Origin: Intoshia linei
Taxonomy: Eukaryota > Animalia > Orthonectida
DNA length: 64,000 nucleotides
Direction: 5' to 3'
Assembly: GCA_001642005.1 (NCBI GenBank)
Contig: LWCA01000030.1
Coordinates: 8,607 to 72,606 of the forward strand
Shown here in pieces: positions 14,662-28,300 of the stretch; position 1 is the first letter of the stretch; every line of letters begins with the position of its first letter. The position numbers were made by a program, and so were the translations under genes. The notes under the pieces were generated by a model. It had not been told where the DNA came from, did not search any database, and saw nothing but the letters and a program-made list of their open reading frames with translations.

Positions 14662-15503
14662 TTATGACATTCTATAATATCCATGTTTTCTATGTTCAAC
14701 TTTCATAGTTTCATCATCAACTGGTAAACAGCCTGTTGTTGATTTAACGTAGTATACGAAATAATCATCTTTATTTGAACTAAGAGGTTTTCCTACAACC
14801 TGTAACACTCTAAATTATAAAATTGTTGATAAAATTTCAAATATCTTAAAAATGATGAAAATGTGTAAATCAGTGCTCACAGACTTTTTCAATATGAACT
14901 CAAATTAAAACTTACTGACTATAGAGCACAATATGGCCAATATATGAACCGTAAACATGAATTTTATTTTCAAAAAAAATACAAGAATCATGATTCATTA
15001 GCTGATGAGAGCATACCTATTTTATGTTAACACTAACTTTAATTACTTCTGCATATAACGACATATCACGTCTTCAAAGATAATCAAATTATTCGAAAGG
15101 CCAGTAATAATAGCTAAATAATAATGCATTACATTTTGACATCCCTACACTCAACGTGCTCACATTGTGATCCACTGCAATCTGTTTCATAAAATATGGG
15201 CCCATTTTCATTTTCGTCTTTTAATAATTCTATTAAATTTCCTTTTGAATCGATAGCATTTTGTTTTGTAATAATGCTCATCTTATATCCACAACACGGA
15301 TGCGTATATGATGATATTATTTCCTTTTTCTCTACATTTCTAAAAGTATTAATATACATGTATTTATTCAACTGACCAATATAACGTAATCCGTTAAAGA
15401 TACAGTAGAATCTGTTCATCACGATCACGGATACAGTGATCGAAAATAAGAATTGAGACAATATTGATAAAAATGTATGAAGTTTAATTAGATATCTATA
15501 ATT
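14662..15503 (-). CDS. Neurotrophin/NGF-like cystine-knot secreted protein; first exon unresolved
   Basis: Exons ~15503-15149, 15113-15047 and 14809-14662 join in frame through GT-AG introns of 35 and 237 nt. A hydrophobic segment is followed by PCCGYKMSIITKQNAIDSKGNLIELLKDENENGPIFYETDCSGSQC...ICRYMQKVLQVV...YYVKSTTGCLP. Confidence 0.6.
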
Positions 15504-16939
15504 CTGTAGCAATGGTGAATTTTAGAAGATATGAATTAATAATGATTATATAAATAAAATTTCATAATATATTCCTTTTTGAACCGTGAATTTACAAATT
15601 TACATTTTTTGTTATGTTCACTGGAAATAATTGTATTAGATGTATTTTTTTAAATTCTAAGAATATTATTTTATTTTTTTTTCAAAATGATGGGTAATTT
15701 GTTGTTTTCACAACGAACATGCACGTTTTGAGGTAAAAATATTCATTACATTCTTATTATTATTTATAAAATTGCACACGAAATACATGAGAATGTTTCG
15801 TATAGATAAGGTTTATCGATTATTTCAAGTACTTAAATGTACTCGGCCGATTATATCGATCGAAAATGCTGTCCCAAGGCTATCATCTTAAGAGGATTAT
15901 AGTGTGTATATAAAGATACTAAGTTTATTTCAACAACGATTATGTACTGCAAATTTTGAAAAGTGGAATCAAATTAAATTAATTCATATAGTTTCGTTTA
16001 TCTATAAAAATGGACAATTTTGATATATTACACGACCATGTTACGTTTTTAACGGTAAACAGATATCAAAAACCTATTATCAATTTTACTTTATTTTTAG
16101 AAAAATTTCTAGCCAATACTACATATCTACAAAAAAATCATTTTTGGATCAAAATTTACGTTAAATTTTAACGTGTTTTTAATTTGAAAACACAAATTTA
16201 AAATTAAATAAATAAACTAAAATTATTATTTTTTCTGGTGGCTATAGTAAAAATGAAAATCTGTTACTGGTACCTATTTTAATAAAATTGTTTATTTAGT
16301 GTTATGCGATATATCAAATTGAATTATTTTATTAGATAAATACGATTCTATGATTAGTTTTATAATTTACTTTACTCAATTTTATTACTTTATAAAACAT
16401 AAATTGAAAATATTTAATTTCAAATGAAAGATTATATATATTTTTAATGAAATTTAACAAAATTACATTTCAACCTTTCAATTACACAATTTTTTCGAAG
16501 CAAAAATCAGATTATAAAAATATAAATATAACTTATATAATTTTAAAATTTACATAAATTTTATCAGTTCTTGGGCATCAATGGATAAAATTAAATTAAT
16601 CACAAATAAAATTAAATTTTGTTGCATTCTTCTATATTTAAATTTTAATAATATAATAATACATTTTTAAATGGTAGTTAGTAATTGGATATTGAAATTT
16701 AGTATATAATCAATATTTGTTATAATATATGTTGAAATATAGAAATTATAATAATATATAATATTCTGAATAAATTTTAGGAATCTGCTTAATAATTTGT
16801 TTACTTTCTTAAATTACACAGATGTTGATTATATATGATAAATATCAAGAAACAATGTTCATGGTAACAATAATTTGCCTTGTAAATATCATTCAGGTTG
16901 TACCACACGTGTAACATTTATTTTTAATCTATTTAAACA

Positions 16940-19499
16940 TTAATTTTCCATCAATTCCTTTTTAATTTTATCTTGATTTACAAATTCAAAAATATGTGGA
17001 GCATTAATGACAATTGATATGGTTCCATCAATAGTTACAATTAGAAATATATAAAATTGTAATCTATCAATCACCATTGCAGTGTATCGCCATTCATTTA
17101 AATTCTAAATTGGATTACTTTAGTCGTGTCATAAAGAACGTGTACCTCAAAATGACTGTCTTCGTTCTTTAAATGGTTAGCTATATATTTAACCGAGTTT
17201 GCTGCCTTGACAATCTTTTTTGGTATACCATTTGTCGGATGATCTTTATTCACGATTCTTTTGACTATATTATTTAAATTTACATTTAATGCATTATATA
17301 TGATGCTTTCCAATGTTTTTTACCAGTGGATTGAGGGATCCCCAAATTCCAATATATCACCTGGAACCGAAAAAATTTACTTACAAATGTTACTATGTTA
17401 ATTGAACATTGTTCACATAAACTTCAATTTTATTAGAATAAGATATGAGAACTACATTGGGAGCTCTGGTTTACATAACATATATACAATTTGTATATAA
17501 ATGTTTATAAATTTCACTTGTATAGTTAAATTTATTTTTTTCGAGGTAACTGCATAAACAGAATCCTTGGATTAACATTTGTGAAAATGTTTTTCCAAAA
17601 TTTTGACATTTGATGGGTCCGTTTAGTTTTAAAATTGAAATTGATGATAATGACAGTTATTAGAATAGTGTAAATATTCATAATAAAAGTAACTAGCAAA
17701 TATCGTGAAATGAGTGGAATCGTAATTGATTTTAGCGGTAAAATTTTTGATACCAATAAAAGAAACACTATTAAAGCCAATAAGATTGAAATACACATTG
17801 TAACCTTTTCTCCAGCCTCAGCTGGTAAATAAAATACTGCTACGGATAAAAATGATATTAGAATGCATGGAATAATCAAATTTATCGTATAAAATAATGT
17901 TTTTCGTCTAATTTGGAATTACTTTATCTCCATTAAATGTCCAGGATCTAAAATATTATTATAGTATAGTTAAACTAATTTACGAAAAATATAATTATAA
18001 ACTGTCCTTACATATAATTCTTAAGTAATGTTAAATTGGTATAGTGTAGTATTCAATTTTTCTTTGGAACAAGATTAAATAAATTTTATCAAGTATCTCT
18101 TAATAATTCCGAAAAATAAAACTTTTCCATTTATTCAAAAATCCCTATTCGATTTCGATTCTCTTATAAGGTCATTTTGATATATCAGATATATATAAAA
18201 TCAGATTGTCATTATTCAAAAATTGGACTCTTAAAAATTTTTTCAGTATATGCGTAGTATCATATTGCTCTAGCCACCTCTTAACGGCTCTTGATTTGAC
18301 AAAAAAATAATTTTGCAAATATTGAGTGCAATTTAAGAAATGAGTTCGCGATTTTACGCAAATTTCGTGGTTTTTTGTGTCAACTCGTTTATTTTTCGAG
18401 TGTTCACTGTGTATGATATTTTGTGAAATATGAAAGTTGAATTACCCAAAATTCATTTCGCATTCTTGTTCATCAAATGGAAAATATTCAACTTCTATTA
18501 TACAAGAACTTTTATATATGGCTGGAGGAATCCACAAAACATCACCGTTGTGATAAATAACAACATTTGGTTTATAAGATACTTCATAGATGCCGTCAGC
18601 ACTAAAAAGCTACAGATTACATTGTATAATATATGTATATCTTTATCTCAAAATCACGCCACCATAACATTAGACTACTACAATATCTAATAATCTACTT
18701 GAATCGAATCAATTTCTACTTTTAATTTCATGTTAAACAAAATTGATATAACTTTAATCGATCTGAGAAATTGAAATTTAATTACTTGTTAAATAGAACA
18801 ATTTCTAGCTAAATTCATTGTATTAATAAATTAATATACACAAACCTTCCAAACAAGATGAGGTGATAATCTTATAGTTTTTATTCCACCAAAATCTTCA
18901 GGGTTCTAATGAAATTGGTAATCATTCCATAACTGTAATATTGATAAAAATATAAAAAGTATAGATTAATATCATACCATTTTTAACCAAACATTAGATT
19001 TCATGATTTGATTCTTTTCGTCCTTAATTAATGAATAAGTATTAAATGAATTATTAACCATTTCTCACTTCAAATTGTTATCTAACAAATGGTGATGATT
19101 CTTTTAACCCAATAAAAGTACATGTGGGACATTACATACATTATGTATTAGTTACTATTACATAATGTATAATCTATTTTATTAAATTTAGGATAAGTTC
19201 ATTGAGAACCAATTACACAAAAATAAATAATTACAATATTTATAAGTTGATTGATTGCTAATCCAAATCTTACCACAATTTTTTCTGATCAATTTGTAAC
19301 AGGTCTTATTAAATAGTTGTATTTTTTCACATTAAATATTTCATTCAATATGTCCAATTCATAATCACTTCTGCTATGATGGAAATCTAAAAATGGTAAT
19401 TTGATTCAAATTATCCAAATAAAAATTTTTAATCTTAACTGAAAACGGAATATAAAGTCTAAATAACAACAATTGTTTAAAAAGATTGTATTTTGCCGT
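16940..19499 (-). pseudogene. Nicotinic acetylcholine receptor non-alpha subunit (insect beta-1/UNC-29-like) pseudogene
   Basis: Exons encode DEKNQIMKSNVWL, Cys-loop [33 protein letters not shown] and EWRYTAMVIDRLQ...APHIFEFVNQD. In-frame TGA at 19289-19291 and TAG at 18906-18908. The loop F/C region is missing, with a frameshift at ~17915-17922. Confidence 0.85.
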
Positions 19500-22082
19500 T
19501 TTTAATTATTTATACTGTCAACATTTTATGGTTTATTAATTACGTTTAGCATTGCCTAGATGTAAAAATAGTATATACCAATATAAAATAAATATTAAAA
19601 AATAAAATAAAATATATTTTATATATAAATGGTATTTATTTCAAATATCTTGATAAAAAAACCATTTTAAATAATCAATAATCTATTATTCATGTTTAAT
19701 TTAAAACCACTACTAGTATGATTATAGATATTGAAAATATTTTAATTTAGTGTAGTTTTTAATTTTATCAAATCTTACATTATTATTATATTAAGTTACC
19801 TAGTAAATAGCTTTTTGACTTTGTAATATTATTATATTATATACGATATTATTGATTTGGTATCGTAAACGGTATTATTTGTTGGATATTCGCTTAAATT
19901 GATCAAAATTTAAATATCTGGAGAATGGTGTCACATTTTATGGAAATTTTGATGATTTGATGGGAAATTTAAAGTAAATGTGTGTATTTTAAAATCGAAA
20001 CTTAATTTAATTATTAGATATGTATTTAGATTATATAAAATAATAAGTTGACTGGCATGTACTATGTACAAACAAGACCTAGCTTTGCCAAGTGCACATT
20101 TTTATAATACTTAAAAAGTAAATTCACGTTGAAAATCTAATTTAAAAATACTCCCATTCACTATTATCAATCCTTTAAAGGAGAGGTTCCCAAATTTGTG
20201 TCAGGTGAAACTATCATATCACATTATTTTTTACTTTAAAGTGAATTATTCCATCTTAATTTTGTTTTGTTAACATTTGCATAAATAATTTTAAAAACAA
20301 TTATTATTCCATTTTTTTAATTTATTAGACTGAATGTGTGTATAATATTAAAAATACAGTAAAAACAGTCAAATCCTAAAAATTGTCATAAATAGCATAA
20401 ATTCCAGAAAAAATAAAATTATAAACTATTTTGTTATTTTGAGTGTGATGATATATACATAATTGATTGAATCATTGATACATGATATCAATTATCGATT
20501 GGCTCAGAAGTTTGTTTTATGTCAAATAATTTAGCGGGCTGTAAAATTCGAAATAGAATATTTTTTAATTAGAAAGGCCATGATTTTATTAAATTTTTAT
20601 TAAAATTTTTTTCGATCAGCGATTCTGAGATTATTCAAAAGATAGGCCAAATTATCATTGTCGATAACGAAGTAAAATTGGCGAGTTCATTCTTTGTCAT
20701 AATTATGTGATAATTTTATCTTGAAAATTATATAAGAAATATTTTTTTGTTTGGTTCCCTATCCATTTTTTAGGATTGATGTGATATGCAAAGTTGTGAA
20801 GATGCAGCAGTAGGCCCGGTCAAATGGAAATTGTAGGTCCTAATAAATTTTTTTTACAAAATCGGACCTCTGTAAATTGATTAATTGATCGTTTATTACT
20901 TAAAAATTAAAAATACCCATTGGAATTCGTATTAGTCATTATAAAAATTAAAACAGTAAATATATAATATTTTAAAATTTAAATGTTTCATGATTGTAGA
21001 CCCGCTCATATGGACCCTTAGCCGTCTCCGCAGTCCTGTGAATTGTTTAAAAAATATATAAATGCATTGGAAAATTGCATTAAATATATATTTTAAATTT
21101 TAAAATACAATAAAAACTTAATGTTTATAAAATTTAATTTATAACCTATTTTTTGTTAATAACAAATTTAATGATACTACAAATTTAGTTTCCTATATAA
21201 TTCGGATATTATCTTACTCTAAATATCAGTTATTTATTTATTATAAATAATATAATTAATTTTTATTTCCATCGAAAATCAGAAACATTAACTTTACGTT
21301 TTGTGAACGAAAAGTGAAAATTCATCAAATTTTTTGAAGTACTTTTACTAAGATTTGAAAGAAAGTACTTACATAGTTTTAAAAAAAATTATTTTATTGA
21401 GTTTTACTGTACAGAGTTTTAATTTTGTAAAACTAAGTACTTATTACTAACTGATTTTATAAAAAAACTAAGTTTAACACACTAGTACGGACCCCTACGG
21501 GGAAAAACTTTTTAAACATAAATAAATATTAACTGTAATATTCCCCTAATACTGGAAAAATCATTAATAGATATAATAATATCAAAATTAACTAATCATC
21601 GAAATTTATTTTCCTTTCCTGTTTTAGACCATACAAATATAGTTTATCCATTAAACCATAATATAATAATAGTTTTTGTTAATGAGATAATTAATTAGGT
21701 TAAAATTTTAAATAGATTAAATTACGATAAATTATTCATTAATTAGTAATTGCAACTTAAATTAAATTATAATTTAGATCATTTCACTATAATCATTATA
21801 CACAATTTTAATTATGTCTTTTGATAAATACGATTGTACATTAATGTGCAAAATCGCTATTGATATTTTGAAAATTTTTGTTGTGACACAATGAATTAAA
21901 TGTAGCCAGTATGTTTGTAATTATCTGTCAAGTCAATATGATCTTAAGTAATTGTTACATATCAATTTTGCAATCTTATTAATAATAAAATTATCAACAC
22001 GTTAGTATTCATTTTATCAATTTTGTTGCAACGTTTGCATTACATTTTAAAATAAAAATTCAAATTATTAATTTACTAAAAA

Positions 22083-25068
22083 ATGAAATTAAAAAGACCT
22101 GGAGAATTTGAAACAATTAGCCGTAAACCAAGTAAGTCATTATATACATTAAACTTAATAATATTAACCAACGCCATATCTTTGAGTTTAAGTAATTATT
22201 AAATACAGCAAAAGATTTTTAAAAATTAAAAATATTTATAACTCTTTGCAGTGAAACAGTGTCTAACAGTAAATAGTAAACAGTAACTGTCTTTCTCCCA
22301 GTTAGCAGATTTCCATTACACGTACATATCAAATTGAACCTAATCAATCAATAATGATAATAATTGAGTTTCATTAATAACGGTTGGGTATAATATTGAT
22401 ACAACTTCTTCACACGGTGTGGTAGTGCAAAGAATGTCCATGCTTTTAAAACTGCTCCAGAATCTTGTTGTTTAAAACTCAAAGACTCTTTTCATTTAAA
22501 AAATGGGTAGTTTGTGGTTTTGGTCATGAAGATCCAATTTTTGAATTTAAATTTTTTCTTAATTTCTACGCTGGAATAACCTGACTTTACTTAATAAATG
22601 GTTACTCACACTGACAGACACATTTTTAGCAAAATTTACTTGTATAATTGTAAGGATTTTATGTTTCATTTTTTCAAAATATGCGTCAACGAATATAATA
22701 TTTTGTTGTATTAAATTAAATTTTAAATTATATTTTTAGTAAGATTTATGAAGTATATGTACAATATAATGGGTCAATGCCAATGCACACACACTGGTCA
22801 ACACCAGGATCATGAATTATCTCCCATTTTTAACCTAGTTGTGACAAACTGTCCACGTAATTTTTTCTTTAAATTTTTTTATTATTTTATTAATTAGATT
22901 GTAACGTTGTAGTCGTTTGCGTTATCACTAAATGCAGCTGTAAACACGAACGATCTGATGATTTTGAAGAAGTGGTAATTTTAAATATGTTTACTATATT
23001 CAAACATGAATAATTATTACATTATATATAACAATATGATTAAAAGTAATCATTTTTTTAGATTAAACATTTTATGAACCGTAGAGTTATCAATTTCGTT
23101 AGAGGGGATGGTAATTTTCATTATTTTAAATTTTATAAATTCATATATTTAGAGATATCTTATCATAACGTATCCGAATGTCATAAAAAAATGAAAGTGG
23201 CTGGTAATTTTATTTTATCAAAAACTTCATAACATAAATCTTAGTCTATGTTTTCGTACAATATACTTCATAAAAACAATAATTAACACTACCCTGGGCG
23301 CAAGTTTCCAGATATATAATTTCATACACAATTAATTGGAGTAAATTTCATTTTACCAACTTTAAACAGATAATTAAAATAATATTGACAGTTAACATTG
23401 TATCAATATGGTTTAAAATTTTCAGTTAAGACATTAAACAGGATTTATTTATTTAAATGTAACCACTTTGTTCATAATTAATTTGCTTTTTTTTAAATTC
23501 AGTTCTAGCTTATTTGTTTTGGTCTTTACGAAATTGATTTTGATTTTATCTATAGTTTTGTGTATTAATTATGAGGAATTTAAACACTATTAAAAATCAA
23601 AATAAAAGAGCTACAATTAAATTTAAAAATAAAATTGCAACCCGAAACCACGGAAACCAATATACAGTTGATTATAAATAAAATAAAGTTATTTTATATT
23701 TACATTAAATTTTTGTATGATTTTCAATAATTAAATTTGAGAGGGGTAAATTCTTAAAATCAAAAAAGTCATCCACGTGCAAACTTGGTTTTTCTAATAA
23801 TAAAGAAAGTGAACACCCTAATCATTAAAGTAGTTTTTATAAATGTTGTAATTTGGATATTTTAAATTATATTATGAAAAATATATGTATTTCTATAAAA
23901 CTGCAATTAGAGACAGTTAATAACGTGGCCAGTGAAACTTCAATCTCAGATTCAAATCTAAATCAAACGCATAATGAACATAATTATCAAGATGGTAATA
24001 TAATATTTTAATTTATATAGATATACATTTTTGAATCAATAATAAATATTATTTAATTTAATTTATTGATTACAAACATATAACTGAAAATAACAATAGC
24101 AATGAATCAAACGGTACTAGATAACTTAAATATATTACATACATTAAGACGGGTTATGAAACTTTTACGTCGACCACAAATTTACAAACAAAAATACAAT
24201 TTCGTGTACCCAAAGAATGGATAATTATGATCTCGAAAATATTAAAAAATTTTTTATGGGTCCCAGTAAACCATACATACAAATTTGGCGACTTTATAAT
24301 GCATATATGTCATAATTTGATTAATTTTACATATTTTTAGTTAATTTCAACTAATAAATTATTATTATTATTAAATAATAAATAATATTTTAAAATTATA
24401 TTTTATGTATTTTTGTAGAAGCAGAATTGGATACAGATAGTGACGTGGAATGTGAAACTTCAATAACAGGTTCCAGTCAATATGAAACGTATAATGGAAA
24501 TAGTGACCAAGATGGTAATATAATATTTTTATTTTAATGGAATATTTATGGAATTGTTAGAAATATAAATTATCTCATAATCAAATTAGTTTTAAAATAA
24601 AAATATATAACGTAACCAGTGGTCATGTAACACTATTTTTACATTGTATAAAAGAATTTCACTTTATTATACATTAAATTTAGTACACGATGATGACGGC
24701 TTCACTTCAAGTTTTGAAATGGAAAATTTTGGAGTGTTTAATGACACCATCGATAATCTGTATCGATTAGACTTCATAAACATTGAGGATTTAGAATATT
24801 TGGACATTGAAACAAGCAATCAATTGGTAATATATGATCGTTTAATTTAATTTATATTGTGTAAAATAACATTCATTAACATGTAAATATTTTATTTTTA
24901 TTTTAGAGAATCCAAATTTCTAATGAATTACATACTTGGAATAAATGTTTATATGGTACTATTTTTATTTAAAAAAATCAATATATTTATTTAGATGCCC
25001 ACAATATTGAATATCAAAAAACTAAACTATTTTTTAAATATGTATATTGTCTCAAATTTAATGAATAA
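22083..25068 (+). CDS. Orphan multi-exon protein with Cys/His-rich N-terminus and acidic duplicated exons
   Basis: Exons 22083-22131, 22740-22856, 22898-22974, 23062-23110, 23153-23203, 23911-23994, 24419-24514, 24684-24826, 24907-24955, 24995-25068 are all GT-AG, phase-consistent and open from ATG to TAA. Confidence 0.7.
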
Positions 25069-25350
25069 TCTTATTTAAAAAAGAAAAAATTGATAAATAT
25101 CAATTAATAATTTGTAGTTTATCTCATTAAAATTTTAAATTTCAGTTTCTAGTTAAATTAAATGTATTTGTGTAACGGTTAATTCGTTTTCGCATTTTAA
25201 AAATCACTTGAATTCTATCATCAAATAACATATTTCAAGATTTTCACTATACATTAAGAAAATAGTTGGAATATTTATTACTGATATAACAATATATTAA
25301 TGATTAATTAATATTAAAATTAACTAATCCAACAGATTTAATATGATTAA

Positions 25351-28300
25351 TTATTTTGAATTTTTCTTTTTAAAATTAAGTCCAATATCAATTTGCGATG
25401 AAAGCGTTGCAACTATTTCATCAAACTTTGTTTGTTCAAAATTATTCATTTTACCTATGGGGTAAATATGTTCGACTCCATTTACCTAAAAAATATATAA
25501 TTGTAATCTTTTATTCTATAGATTACTCCCAATTTAATTTTGGAAGAAAAAAATGGCAATTTAGTAACATTGGAGGCAACATAAGCATAATCGTAAACTT
25601 CTTCGCCTTTTAATCCTTTCATCAACAATTCGACAAATATGTACGCTGCATAAGCTGTAGATAACGTAGCAGTACCCTATATATATAATACATTGTATTA
25701 ATTTGGTTAAACCTTTCCTTTTTTTATATCTAATACAACAGTACCAGCATTTTGTATTTTGTCAGTCAAATCAATTTGTTCTTGCTAAAAGTACATTTTA
25801 AATTTTATAAAATTCACATAACACACATTCATTTTATTTAAAGGTGACGATTATGGATGGATACTGCTCATCCATCAGTAACAGCATTTGACAACCTTTT
25901 CTTTCATAATAGGCACCGGTTAAATGCCTAAGCGTACATGTATATTAAAGTTTGATAAAGTGTTTTTTTTTGTTTTCTTGGTGGGCGAATTTTTAATTTG
26001 CAATGATTTTAAAAAAATATTTAGTAAAATTACATTTGTAACATTATATAAAAATACTTAGGGGACATTGGGAAATAAGAAGCAACGGTTCGAAAACGAT
26101 GATGTATATTGATTATATCAGGCGTTCTCAACGGGATCCAAATGGTCCATTGAGTCATATGTCGTGAATTATACGGTACGTATTGGTACGTGAACCTTCT
26201 ATCGTGAAATAACAATAACCAAAATAAAACTAATCTAATTGGAATTGATACCAATTCTTTTTATAAACGAATGCATTGATTGAAAGATTGATTGCAATCA
26301 ATTATTTCCAATGTCTGACATGGCTCATCTAACTATTTTATTATATTCCTCCATCTCTATATATCTTTAACATACATTCCGTTTCAAAAATAACGCAACA
26401 TTATTAAAAGCTCTGTAGTAATTTTTACAATTATTTTTGTGCTCACAGATTAAATTTGACATTAGTACAAATCATATTACATTATATTTAATTTAAATAA
26501 TCACAAAATATTATAATAAAAAATGTTATAGCAAAAAAACTAAATTTTAAATAATAAATGTTGTTTCAAAAATAACGCAACTTTTCAATTATCATCCACT
26601 GTTACACTTTATTTCATATTAATTGTAATTATTTTTTTTATTTAATGATCACATGATATTTTGGTAGATAACAATTATACAATATTTAATTTTTAGCTTT
26701 ATGACAGATAGAAAACCTCATTTATCTGAAGAGGACATTCAAAGGGTATTTATGATGCGATTAAACAATAAAACATTGTCTGAAATAACGTCAACCTTTA
26801 ATGTTAATAAATCGACCATTCATAGAATCTTGAAAAAATAGAATAAGCCCGACAAAAGAGGTAAGCCAACTAAAATAACACCTACCCTTGAACGATCGAT
26901 AATAAGAAATGCATCTAATTCTACTCAATCTCTAAGGAATATTGCTGAAATCACTGGAAATTGTGAGCCTTTAAAAATAAACAAATACGAATTGCATTAT
27001 TTTTGAAATGGAGTGTAATAACTACACATTTTTCTGTAGCCCCATTGAGAACAAATGCGTTAATATATCATCTACAAAAGTGCACACACGTACATATTTG
27101 ATATTTAATTAATTTGCTAGGAAAACTACCCTAATTAAAATTTTTATAATGGGTCCTACTGCGGACTAAATTCACATACTGGCTGTTATAGCAGATTCAC
27201 CATTATTAAACATTTTGATTTAATGAAAATTACACTGGTAAAATCTAAATGAGGCATTTGAGATAATAAAGGTAATATTGTAGTAGCAGAATGACCGCCA
27301 ACAACTGGGCATTCGCATTTGTTTACTTGCTGCTTCTAAAATTTGATAAAAATTAATTAATTATTAATTAACAAATAATATTAATTATAATTGTATAATA
27401 TACAATGTATATATTGAATAATTATTCATATATTATATATGAATATATAGAAATTATAAATTACTTTTGCTTTGCCAATAAAAACTCGACTTCTGATGAC
27501 GTCTAATGTTGTCATGCCAAAAATCCTTTTTGGGTCGTATACATTAAATTTTTTAAAAACATTTGATGCTACAGGCACCATTGAATTTACTGGATTTGAA
27601 ATTATGCAAAACATTGCTCCTGGACAGAATTTAGCTATTGCTTCGCTCAAATCACTCACTATTCCAGCGTTAACATCAAATAAATCTTCTCTTGACATGC
27701 CTACATTTATCCACATTAATTTAATTCATTCGTTTTTTACACCATACGTATATTTATATATCAGGGATGCACAACATAATACATAGGACCCGTGGGTACC
27801 ATGCGGCCTACCTTTACTCAATCTGCAACCTGTGAAACTTTTTATTATTATTGTCACAATATGCAAATGAAAATATAAATAGAATTTTTCCATTTTTCTA
27901 AACTAGTGCCAAATTTTAAATTAGAATCCATACATATTGAATCTTTGTATATGCTCTAAAACATTGGTTCTTAAACTTTTTCCACTTGGCAACCCTTAAT
28001 TCAATAAAATTCGATTTGGCACCCCAAAAATTTAATAAACTTAAATTAGATAAAATAAAAACAACGTAACTACGGTAACAAAACATGATTAGATGAAATG
28101 GTTTTAAATTTAAATTACAGAAAACCTTTCAACATAAAAAACACTGGTTTGTCCGATTTATCAATATCATATATTTTAGTGAATCCATAACAAATATAAT
28201 CATCACTCTATTTTCTTTTTTTGAAACACAGTAACGACACATTAAGCGGATCACTTTACTATAGAAAAAAGCAGACAATGGACCAGTTGTGAAAAACGGA

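Noticed and set aside
15114-15132. 19-nt intron in the neurotrophin-like gene
   Set aside because: It is shorter than any other intron here and leads to an early stop. The 35-nt intron from the upstream GT keeps the frame.
18906-19291. Stop-codon reassignment or readthrough to explain the in-frame TGA/TAG in the nAChR gene
   Set aside because: The other genes read cleanly in the standard code and use TGA/TAA as stops. The same gene also has a deletion and frameshift.
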